DNA of 64,000 nucleotides from assembly GCA_964384035.1 (NCBI GenBank), contig CAYLIB010000004.1, positions 5,340-69,339 on the forward strand, written 5' to 3'. The translations under genes were made by a program, and so were the position numbers. This DNA comes from an uncultured Candidatus Saccharibacteria bacterium. Its GTDB lineage: Bacteria; Patescibacteriota; Doudnabacteria; UBA920. Below the pieces are notes generated by a model, which saw only the letters and a program-made list of their open reading frames with translations, was not told the origin of the DNA and ran no database searches. Shown here one piece after another: positions 56,575 through 64,000 of the stretch. The stretch's first letter is position 1. Every line of letters starts with the position of its first letter.

Positions 56575-57534
56575 ATGAATGCTGGAGCGCCTATTTCTGA
56601 AAACTTTCCGGGTTTTGTTCCCGTCGTGTTTGGCACCACAGAGGGCGAGAATGAAAATTTTGATGTTCTTAAAAGCCAACTCGACCCGATCTATCAAGCG
56701 ATGTGTATTGACCCAAAGATCCGTGTGGGCGGTCCGTATGGTGACTACCTTACAGTGGTGGAATCTAGTGGTTCTTACACTCTCATTGAAGCGGGTTTGA
56801 AGGCGTGGCCGAAGGCGGCTATTGCTTCTGACCTGTTTCCGGTTATTATCACACCTTCGGGTAAGGTTTTCTTCGTTGGAATTGTTCGCGTGCAACCGCC
56901 GGGTGTTGGTGGACCAGCCTCGCTTGGTGGGTTCAATGGGGTGTTTGGACCTCACTTTGCTTCTTCGCCGGAATGCTTGCTTGGTTACGATAAAAAGGAG
57001 AAAGACGAGGCGCGTGAAGAGATTGGTATGAAGGTGTGGGTCAACAATGACATTCCCTTCGACCAGGAAACTCCATTCCCAGATATGGTTGCAGTCAAGG
57101 TTAAGATTGGCGAAAAAACCTATGAAACGTCAATCTACAGTCTTGGTGAGACGTATACTACGGAAGAAGAATACCTCCCAAATTTGAACGAACAGCGGGT
57201 GCATGCGGCTTGGGGTTACCTTATGCCGGTCGTGATTCACGAAGAAGTGACCAGAGAGGAATTGCTTGCCCAGTTCAAATGCAACGACCCTAAAGAGGGT
57301 AATGGCATTTATGTGCAAGAGATTACCGCTGAGTCTGGCTTCGAGCTTCCGCTACCCATTGGACATCATCAACGACTGTGGATGCGCGCGGTTCAATTGC
57401 TTCAAACTTTCACTGCGGCTACCATTAACCCGATCGGAGAACTTTTCCAAATTCTCGAAGAGGGGCTTGATTTTGCCTCGGAACGGTTTGCGCAATATGC
57501 TAACGGGGGCGGAAAGATTAAACCACTTGGTTAA
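56575..57534 (+). CDS. Hypothetical protein (320 aa) inside the NAD cluster
   Basis: GC-rich ORF between nadD and pncB; preferred over the overlapping minus-strand ORF 56503-56955. Confidence 0.5.
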   Translation: MNAGAPISENFPGFVPVVFGTTEGENENFDVLKSQLDPIYQAMCIDPKIRVGGPYGDYLTVVESSGSYTLIEAGLKAWPKAAIASDLFPVIITPSGKVFFVGIVRVQPPGVGGPASLGGFNGVFGPHFASSPECLLGYDKKEKDEAREEIGMKVWVNNDIPFDQETPFPDMVAVKVKIGEKTYETSIYSLGETYTTEEEYLPNLNEQRVHAAWGYLMPVVIHEEVTREELLAQFKCNDPKEGNGIYVQEITAESGFELPLPIGHHQRLWMRAVQLLQTFTAATINPIGELFQILEEGLDFASERFAQYANGGGKIKPLG

Positions 57535-57562
57535 GAGCTACTAAAAGGTAGTTCTTTTTTTA

Positions 57563-57591
57563 TTGACATTTAGGCTGAAAAATGGTATTTT
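57563..57591 (+). promoter_or_regulatory. Promoter TTGACA-17-TATTTT upstream of pncB, followed by the inverted repeat AAATCT-N5-AGATTT (57598-57614)
   Basis: Read directly. Confidence 0.55.
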
Positions 57592-57640
57592 TGGGCTTAA
57601 ATCTTGACCAGATTTCATTTCAATTGAATTGGAGGATTCT

Positions 57641-59227
57641 ATGAATAGTTTGACGTTGCCGAGACTTGGCATGCTTCAATCCGATATGTACCAGCTAACC
57701 ATGCTGTACGCATATTGGAAAAGTGGTACCCATAACAAGCATGCTGTATTTGATCTGTTTTTCCGCAAGACACCTTTCGGTGGAGAATTCGCGGTGTTTG
57801 CCGGGTTGTCTGATGTACTTAGCTATCTTGAGAATTTTCGGTTTACTGCCGAGGATATCGAGGTAGCTCGCGAGTTGTTACCGCACGCAGAACCTGCTTT
57901 CTTCGTTTTTCTTTCTGAGCTTGACGCGAGCGAAGTTAAAATTTACGCGCAACCTGAAGGTTCTTTGGTTTTTCCTCGGACTCCGCTGATTCGAGGCGAA
58001 GGCCCATTGGGTGTGCTCCAATACATGGAGACCACCTCGCTTAACCTCGTTAACTATGCGACTTTGGTTGCGACCAATGCGGCGAGGTTCAGGTTGGCTG
58101 CCGGACCGACTGCTGTGCTAATGGAATTTGGAATGCGTAGAGCGCAGGGTCTGGACGGCGCGCTGACTGCTTCCAAGTATACGTATCTGGGTGGGTTTGA
58201 TTACTCTTCCAATATGCGTTCGAAGCAGATTGATGGTGTTCCTTGTAGAGGTACTCATGCTCATGCTTTTGTCTCTTCCTTTACCGGACTTGAAGACATT
58301 ACGTCTCGGTCTATTACCATGCAAGATGGTGGTGTGAACCAGGACTTTGTCGGCATGGTCTTGCAAATGAGACGAGTGTTGGGCTACAACAAAACGAACG
58401 ATGGAGAATTGGCTGCGTTTATTAGTTACGCACAAGCTTTTCCGTCAGGATTTCTCGCTCTCGTGGACACCTATGACACACTGAAGTCCGGCATTCCTAA
58501 CTACATCTGTGTTGCTTCCGCTTTAGGGTGGATAGGTCTGAGCGCTCAAGGTATTCGTTTGGATTCTGGTGACTTGGCTTATTTATCAAAAGAGGCTAAG
58601 AAGATGATTCTGGATGCCAAAGAAAAAACCGGAGTGGATCTTTCAGGGCAAGCTTCAAAAATCGTGGCGAGTAACGACATTACCGAAGATATTTTGCTGT
58701 CCTTAAAGGAGCAGGGTCATGCAATTGATGTTTTCGGCATTGGAACTCATCTCGTAACCTGTTTGAAACAACCCGCCTTGGGTGGTGTTTATAAACTGGT
58801 GTCCATCGACGGTAAAGACCGGATAAAGCTGTCGCAAGAGAAAGTGAAAATTACTATCCCAGGTCGGAAGAAAGTTTTCAGGCTTTTCGATAGCAATTCG
58901 GAAATGATCGCCGATGTGATGGTGGAAGATGGAAACGCAGAGCCAGAGGAAGGTCAACCGTTTTTACTCAGAGATCCGTTCGATGAGTATAAGCAGATGG
59001 TTGTAGTGCCTTATGCTGTGGAGTCCAGACTCGAGTGTTATTGGGACGACGGTTTGCTTCGTAAGCCCACCTTACAACAAGGTAAGGATTTGCTTCAGTC
59101 TGAACTCAAGAAAATCCGCCCTGATCATTTGCGGTTCTTGAATCCAACACCATACAAGGTCTCGGTCGGTAGTGAACTTTTTGATAAGCTACACAGTCTC
59201 TGGAAGAAAGAGCTTGTGCTTATATAG
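57641..59227 (+). CDS. pncB: Nicotinate phosphoribosyltransferase (long eukaryote-like NAPRT type)
   Basis: LQSDMYQLTMLYAYWKSG...FDLFFRKTPFGGEFAVFAGL...LVATNAARFRLAAGP...RRAQG.DG.LTAS.Y.YLGGFD.SSN closely parallels NAPRT. ATG at 57641 after GGAGG. Confidence 0.85.
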   Translation: MNSLTLPRLGMLQSDMYQLTMLYAYWKSGTHNKHAVFDLFFRKTPFGGEFAVFAGLSDVLSYLENFRFTAEDIEVARELLPHAEPAFFVFLSELDASEVKIYAQPEGSLVFPRTPLIRGEGPLGVLQYMETTSLNLVNYATLVATNAARFRLAAGPTAVLMEFGMRRAQGLDGALTASKYTYLGGFDYSSNMRSKQIDGVPCRGTHAHAFVSSFTGLEDITSRSITMQDGGVNQDFVGMVLQMRRVLGYNKTNDGELAAFISYAQAFPSGFLALVDTYDTLKSGIPNYICVASALGWIGLSAQGIRLDSGDLAYLSKEAKKMILDAKEKTGVDLSGQASKIVASNDITEDILLSLKEQGHAIDVFGIGTHLVTCLKQPALGGVYKLVSIDGKDRIKLSQEKVKITIPGRKKVFRLFDSNSEMIADVMVEDGNAEPEEGQPFLLRDPFDEYKQMVVVPYAVESRLECYWDDGLLRKPTLQQGKDLLQSELKKIRPDHLRFLNPTPYKVSVGSELFDKLHSLWKKELVLI

Positions 59228-59254
59228 TAAGAAATTTTCTTACTTCTTTTTTCT
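59227..59254 (+). terminator. Rho-independent terminator
   Basis: GTAAGAA-ATT-TTCTTAC hairpin plus a T-rich run. Confidence 0.6.
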
Positions 59255-59301
59255 AGGTTCTAAACATTTGGAATTTGGAAATTGGGTTTTTAGGAGGAAT
59301 T

Positions 59302-59493
59302 ATGCTGCTAGTTAATACGCTCTTGGTTTATTGGAAAATTTGGCTTACTGGGTTTGGTGTGGGGATTGCTGTCTTCTTTTTTGGGGGCAGACAGTTTTAT
59401 ACATTGCTTGGTATGTTGATAAGTGTGGTATTCGGATTTTTGTTATTTGTACCACTTATCATAGTTGGGATAGTAAAGTTATTGCACTTGTAG
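59302..59493 (+). CDS. Small two-TM membrane protein
   Basis: TAGGAGG lies 4 nt upstream of the ATG at 59302. Confidence 0.45.
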   Translation: MLLVNTLLVYWKIWLTGFGVGIAVFFFGGRQFYTLLGMLISVVFGFLLFVPLIIVGIVKLLHL

Positions 59494-59565
59494 GCAATAA
59501 TTTCTTTTTTTCTTTCGCTAATAGAGATATTGGCGTAGGAAATTTGGAAATTTTAGGAGGGGAAT

Positions 59566-60531
59566 ATGAATTCGATTTTAGATCCGGAACAGGTGGTTAT
59601 GGTTAGTACGAAACCATACCAGTACTTCGCGGAACTGCTTGCGCAGAAACTTGGAATTCCTTTTGGGAAAATTAAGATTTCTCGTGAGAGGTTTTCTGAT
59701 GGCGAAGATTATTTGCGTGCAGGAATTGGCGATCGCAACGAACTTGCTGGTAAGGATGTAATTGTTGTTGGTGGGGGTCTGGATAATGCGAGTTTGATTG
59801 AAGTGGTTCGTCTTGGAAATATTTTTGCGCCTAATACGCGCAAAAGAATTTTCGTGAATCCGTTTCAAGCTTACTCAACCATGGAACGAGCGAAAAAACC
59901 AGGAGAGAGTGTAAACGATTGGCTTTACAATATTTACCACTCAATTCCGAACAACGGTTTGGGGAATGCTTTTATGTTCTTAGACCTCCACGAAGAAGGT
60001 CAGCTTAACTCTTTGAAACGTGATCGACAGGCTGCTTCTCTTTATGCAGAACCCGTCATGTTTGAAGCTATTCGTGGATTCACGCTTCCGGAGGTTTTTG
60101 GATCAGCAGATACCGGAAGGCCAGATTGGGTGAAGAGCTATGCGGATAAGTTTGACGTAGAGATTGCAGTCGTAGCGAAAGATCGTGACTTCGAAACTAC
60201 AAAACTTATGTACGCCATTGGTGACGTGGAAGGGAAGGTTGTCTGGATTTATGACGACATGATAAGGTCGTTCGGCACTGCTGAACTTGCGGTGAACGCT
60301 TACCTTTCAAGGGGCGCGAAGGCTGTTTATATGGCATCTACCCATATGACGCTTAACAACGGCAAATGGCGGCGGTGTCTGGACAAGCTGGAGCACTCCA
60401 AGGTCGCACATGTCATAACCACTAACTCGCATCCGGTAACGCAGAAGCTTGCCGTGAGTGGGTCGAAGAAAGTAACCGTTGTGGACGTGAGTGGTGTGTT
60501 CGTAGAACCGATACTCGCGTTACTCAGATAG
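59566..60531 (+). CDS. Ribose-phosphate pyrophosphokinase (Prs)-family protein, divergent
   Basis: RERFSDGEDYLR, LHEEGQL...LYAEPVM, AIGDVEGKVVWIYDDMIRSFGT and GAKAVYMASTH parallel Prs motifs. The canonical GYARQDRK loop is not obvious. Confidence 0.65.
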   Translation: MNSILDPEQVVMVSTKPYQYFAELLAQKLGIPFGKIKISRERFSDGEDYLRAGIGDRNELAGKDVIVVGGGLDNASLIEVVRLGNIFAPNTRKRIFVNPFQAYSTMERAKKPGESVNDWLYNIYHSIPNNGLGNAFMFLDLHEEGQLNSLKRDRQAASLYAEPVMFEAIRGFTLPEVFGSADTGRPDWVKSYADKFDVEIAVVAKDRDFETTKLMYAIGDVEGKVVWIYDDMIRSFGTAELAVNAYLSRGAKAVYMASTHMTLNNGKWRRCLDKLEHSKVAHVITTNSHPVTQKLAVSGSKKVTVVDVSGVFVEPILALLR

Positions 60532-60540
60532 GAGAACTAA

Positions 60541-62385
60541 ATGAATTCCGTAAAGCTTTCAATTGGACAGATGCGGGTTAAGCCTGCTTCGCCGATGCAT
60601 AACGCGGAGAGTATGGTCTCGGAAATAAATGAGGCTGTCCGGCGTGGGCAGGAGCTTATTGTGTTTCCGGAAATGGCTATCCCGGGATATTTACTCGGTG
60701 ACCGGTTCGAGTTTGAAGATTTTCTTCGCCAAATCGAATTGGCTAACCAGAAAGTGATTGAAGCCAGCAAGGCCGGTATCGTAGTTATTTTTGGTTCCAT
60801 ATACATTGACCGGGCGAAGAAGGGCGAAGATGGTAGGGTGCGGAAACTGAATACGGCGTTTGTTGCCAAAGATGGGAAATTGGTGCAAAAAGTTGTGAAG
60901 ACGCTTCATCCAAACTACAGGTACTTCTTCGACGATAGACAATTCTTCAGTCTCCGTAAGGTTGCTGAGGAAATTGCTCTGGAGTCTGGGAGACCTTTGG
61001 TTGATGTTTTGCGGGAGCTAATTGTTCCGGTTAGAGTCCGGGTCGGTTCGCAGGAGGTCTCCATTGGCTTGCACCAGTGTGAAGATATGTGGCATGGGGA
61101 CTACAACATTAGCCCCGCACATTTTCTTTACGAGCAGGGTGTAGACTTTTTTGTGAACTTGTCTGCGAGTCCTTGGGGTTGGCAGAAGAACCGCAAACGT
61201 CATCAGGTAGTTAGGGAACTTCTGGCAGATTGTCCTGCGCCGTATGTGTACGTGAACTTTGTGGGTGTAGACCAGATTGGGAAATCTATTATTACCTACG
61301 AAGGAGCGAGCACGGTTTACGATGCCTCGGGACGAATAGTTTACAATGCGCCTCGGCACAAAGAAGGAGTTTACGATTTTCTTCTTTCGGGCCAGATGCG
61401 CGAAGTACACCAGGAAGAACCGAGCGATACGGAACAACTCTATTGGGCGGTGTTTAATGCTATGAAAGCTTGTCTTGGTAACAAGAAAGTTGTGATTGGG
61501 CTTTCTGGTGGCATAGACTCTGCGGTTTCGTTTGCGATGGCGGTTTTGGTTCGTGGGGCAGAAAATGTTATTCCAATTAACATGCCTTACGACTACAACT
61601 CACCCAAACTACAAGACTTTGCAAGAGACATTGCCAGAAATTTCGGCACAGAGTATTTGGTTCAACCGATTGCAGAAATGGCTGAACCTTTCTTGAAGAT
61701 TCGTAGTGTGCAGAAAGAAGGTGTTGCATACGAAAACGTGCTTGCACGTGCCAGGGGAAATATTCTTTGCACTTACGCTCAAACATACGACAACGCGCTG
61801 GTGTTGTGTAACGGCAACAAGGTTGAATATGCTTTTAACTACGGAACGCTTTATGGTGATATCTTAGGAGCGTATGCTTTCCTTGCAGACCTTGCAAAAC
61901 GCGAGGTCAGACAACTTGCGGAATTTATTAACCATATTTACGGTAGGGAAATGATTCCGCAGGAAGTGATAGACCAGAAACCGTCGGCGGAACTAAAGAC
62001 TGGTCAGTTCGATCCGTTCGATTATGGTGACCTGAAAGAAAGAGGTTACCATGATGAACTTGTTCGGGCTTTTACAGAATTCCGTGCGACACCTGCGTGG
62101 GTGCTAGAGCATTTCGCTAATGGTACTCTGGAAGAAGTTATGAAACTAACTCCCGGTAGGCTGGCAAAGTGGTTCTCCAATGGAAATGGTGGTGTGGACA
62201 AGAGAGCCTTTGTTTCGGATTTGGAGCGATGGTGGGCACAGTTCCAGGCTCCTTTCAAACGGAACCAATCGCCATATATTCTGGTGGTAAGCAGGAAAGC
62301 ATTCGGGCACGACTTGGTTGAATCTATGTTTCCGATGGAAGAGACTGCTCGGTATAGCGAACTGAAATCTGCCTTACTCGGGTAG
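60541..62385 (+). CDS. nadE: Glutamine-dependent NAD+ synthetase (N-terminal CN-hydrolase domain plus C-terminal NAD synthetase)
   Basis: Nitrilase-like N-terminus; PP-loop GLSGGIDSAV; 614 aa. Starts 9 nt after the prs-like stop, with AGGAG. Confidence 0.9.
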   Translation: MNSVKLSIGQMRVKPASPMHNAESMVSEINEAVRRGQELIVFPEMAIPGYLLGDRFEFEDFLRQIELANQKVIEASKAGIVVIFGSIYIDRAKKGEDGRVRKLNTAFVAKDGKLVQKVVKTLHPNYRYFFDDRQFFSLRKVAEEIALESGRPLVDVLRELIVPVRVRVGSQEVSIGLHQCEDMWHGDYNISPAHFLYEQGVDFFVNLSASPWGWQKNRKRHQVVRELLADCPAPYVYVNFVGVDQIGKSIITYEGASTVYDASGRIVYNAPRHKEGVYDFLLSGQMREVHQEEPSDTEQLYWAVFNAMKACLGNKKVVIGLSGGIDSAVSFAMAVLVRGAENVIPINMPYDYNSPKLQDFARDIARNFGTEYLVQPIAEMAEPFLKIRSVQKEGVAYENVLARARGNILCTYAQTYDNALVLCNGNKVEYAFNYGTLYGDILGAYAFLADLAKREVRQLAEFINHIYGREMIPQEVIDQKPSAELKTGQFDPFDYGDLKERGYHDELVRAFTEFRATPAWVLEHFANGTLEEVMKLTPGRLAKWFSNGNGGVDKRAFVSDLERWWAQFQAPFKRNQSPYILVVSRKAFGHDLVESMFPMEETARYSELKSALLG

Positions 62386-62392
62386 TAATACT

Positions 62393-62417
62393 ACTCACTT
62401 TTTAGTGAGTTTTTTTA
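62393..62417 (+). terminator. Rho-independent terminator
   Basis: ACTCACT-TTTT-AGTGAGT hairpin plus a T7 run. Confidence 0.7.
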
Positions 62418-62483
62418 TTGACTAAACTTGGTAAATAGATGAATATATAGTGTTTTCCAGCAAATTTTCAACTAGGAGGAAGT

Positions 62484-63380
62484 ATGAAGAACATCTATAT
62501 TCCCAAGACAGAAAGGGAGTGGATTGAGTTCGTTTTGGACCAGCTAATTCCAGATGCGGATATGCGGAAATACTGGTTGGTGCAAAAGGGTGTGAGATTT
62601 GTAGTGGCTCACAAAGCAATGGGCTTCTATGAGGTGTCGGATAATAGTGAAGTGGCGACCGCTTCCAGTTTTACCAACTGGGCAGAAATGCGCGGGTATT
62701 CAAACCCTGCGATGCAGTCGCTTTACTATCTACATGAAATTCCGCTTCACGGCGTGTTTCAGTATGTGATTAATCCGAATGGGATGACTATTGATTCATT
62801 CATTAATGCATATCAGGAACCTGCAGAAACTGTTGCTAGTAATGGGAGTGAAATTGGTGTGTACCGGGACATTCGCTTTTACAGAGATAAGGTTTTCCAA
62901 GATCAGGAAATTTTGAGCGACAGAATACAGCGGCGTGGGTTTGTGAGCTGGCCGAGTGTTTATGACTTGGCTCAGTTCAGGCGTAAGCTTGTAAACACAG
63001 ATGAGCTTGATTGGCTCTATTTTAAAACGAGGGAACAAGAAGATCCTGTTCGCGACTGGGTAAAGCAGTGGGGGGAGACGAATACGAATTGGAGCAAGAA
63101 GCGGTTTAAGCAACTACAAAGCTTGAAACTTAAGAACCAATACGTTTTTCCGGGATGTACCCATTATGGTTACCGGGAAGAGCTATGGTCATGGAAGTTT
63201 AACTTCAGCAAATCACGGTACGAGCGTTTAGTGAAAACTAATTGCGAGTTACTTTACGATATGTTGGGTAGGAATGATGCACCAAAAACTTTCGAGGAAT
63301 GTTTGGAAAGAGTACCCGAGGAACTTGAAGGGGCGGTGTTTCCGTTAGCTAATCAAGAGGAGGTGAAAAATGGAATCTAG
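62484..63380 (+). CDS. Hypothetical protein (298 aa)
   Basis: AGGAGG upstream; no recognisable motifs. Confidence 0.5.
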   Translation: MKNIYIPKTEREWIEFVLDQLIPDADMRKYWLVQKGVRFVVAHKAMGFYEVSDNSEVATASSFTNWAEMRGYSNPAMQSLYYLHEIPLHGVFQYVINPNGMTIDSFINAYQEPAETVASNGSEIGVYRDIRFYRDKVFQDQEILSDRIQRRGFVSWPSVYDLAQFRRKLVNTDELDWLYFKTREQEDPVRDWVKQWGETNTNWSKKRFKQLQSLKLKNQYVFPGCTHYGYREELWSWKFNFSKSRYERLVKTNCELLYDMLGRNDAPKTFEECLERVPEELEGAVFPLANQEEVKNGI

Positions 63381-64000
63381 GCAGCAAACGAGGAAAGAAG
63401 AAATTGCTGAAATCCAGAGACGATTTGGAGTTATGCAGGCGGTCTATTCTTACCCGAATCCGGAATTAAGAGAGTTGGTAATTCCTGGGGTGGTGAATGG
63501 TACCGAAATGTCATTTCGGAGTGTGGCGCCGGCTTGGACTGAGGTTGAACCTTTGGATTACGGCATGGACCGCGCGGGCGTGTCTGTTATGGAAAAGTTT
63601 TTACTCGAATTTGAATCTATGATGAAATTTGAAAAAACCGATTTTCCGAATAGGTACTGGACGCCAGGTGGTTATCATGGTCTGTTTCATCTGTTTAATC
63701 ACATTGCGAATAACTGCCTTGAGAAACCGTACATTTACGTTTTTCACGGTGAGTATGAGGGTGTGTTTGAGCATATTACCGGTCAGAATAATCTCCCTGC
63801 GGTAGCGGTTCCGGAGAGTGTTCCACCGAAGCATTTAGTAAGAAAAGGGATCGATTATTTGTACGTCTCTCAACCGAACGCGAGGGATGGTCGAGTAATA
63901 GATCCTGCTGTGCTTCAGGAGTGGAGTGATGCTGGGGCTAAAATAATTCTCGATGCGGCTTACCTTGGAATGGTAGACGAGCATATTGATGCTACTATGC
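63370..64000 (+). CDS. 3'-truncated ORF (over 210 codons, runs off the window), possibly a class I/II PLP aminotransferase-like protein
   Basis: AGGAGG lies 7 nt before the ATG at 63370. The frame is open to the window end; KIILDAAY resembles the aminotransferase DEAY region. Not in the supplied track because it has no stop. Confidence 0.4.
   Translation, partial: MESRQQTRKEEIAEIQRRFGVMQAVYSYPNPELRELVIPGVVNGTEMSFRSVAPAWTEVEPLDYGMDRAGVSVMEKFLLEFESMMKFEKTDFPNRYWTPGGYHGLFHLFNHIANNCLEKPYIYVFHGEYEGVFEHITGQNNLPAVAVPESVPPKHLVRKGIDYLYVSQPNARDGRVIDPAVLQEWSDAGAKIILDAAYLGMVDEHIDATM

Noticed and set aside
56503-56955. Minus-strand 150-aa ORF antisense to the 56575 gene
   Set aside because: It is Arg/His-rich with low complexity and no RBS. 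The plus-strand gene is longer and fits the operon context.
1-64000. CRISPR arrays, rRNA genes and IS/transposase genes
   Set aside because: No regularly spaced direct repeats with unique spacers were seen. There are no long rRNA-like GC-rich structured stretches and no ORF with recognisable DDE/transposase or integrase motifs. The repeat families found are short hairpin or inverted-repeat elements instead.

Overview
This window is a gene-dense, AT-rich bacterial chromosome segment; sampled 60-nt lines in the first ~45 kb run about 25-48 % GC. TGA acts as an ordinary stop (e.g. at the glmS end), so standard code 11 is assumed. The first ~45 kb carries housekeeping genes interspersed with many small or unknown ORFs. 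Recognisable genes there include glmS, a PAS histidine kinase with a receiver domain, a tdh-like dehydrogenase and kbl (threonine to glycine), and a YvcK/CofD-family gene. Also present are two sugar-nucleotidyltransferases, pgk, gap, pyk, mscL, msrA, the dnaG-rpoD pair and one tRNA-Ser(GGA) on the minus strand. Several NUDIX proteins and fusions (NUDIX-MazG, RHH-nucleotidyltransferase) are also present. Several families of small non-coding repeats and hairpins stand out in this part. There are two AT-rich perfect terminal inverted repeats flanking GC-rich cores (9826-9946 and 28734-28830). There is also a dispersed GC-rich hairpin motif and a dispersed AT-rich repeat. A decayed gene (in-frame stop plus frameshift) lies at ~44.5-45.3 kb. 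Immediately after it, from ~45.5 kb to the window end, composition shifts to roughly 48-58 % GC in sampled lines. This GC-rich block encodes a K+ channel, an NrtR-like Nudix regulator and a complete Preiss-Handler NAD salvage set (pncA-like, nadD, pncB/NAPRT, prs-like, nadE). Interleaved with these are conserved-looking unknown genes: an APH-like small-molecule kinase, a divergent adenylosuccinate-synthetase(PurA)-like ligase and four hypotheticals. A low-GC, opposite-strand nucleotidyltransferase gene is embedded in the block. The block looks like a horizontally acquired, mosaic NAD-metabolism island that may contain an undescribed nucleotide/NAD-related pathway. No CRISPR array, rRNA or recognisable transposase was found. 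All coordinates of non-CDS elements are hand-derived and approximate to a few nt.
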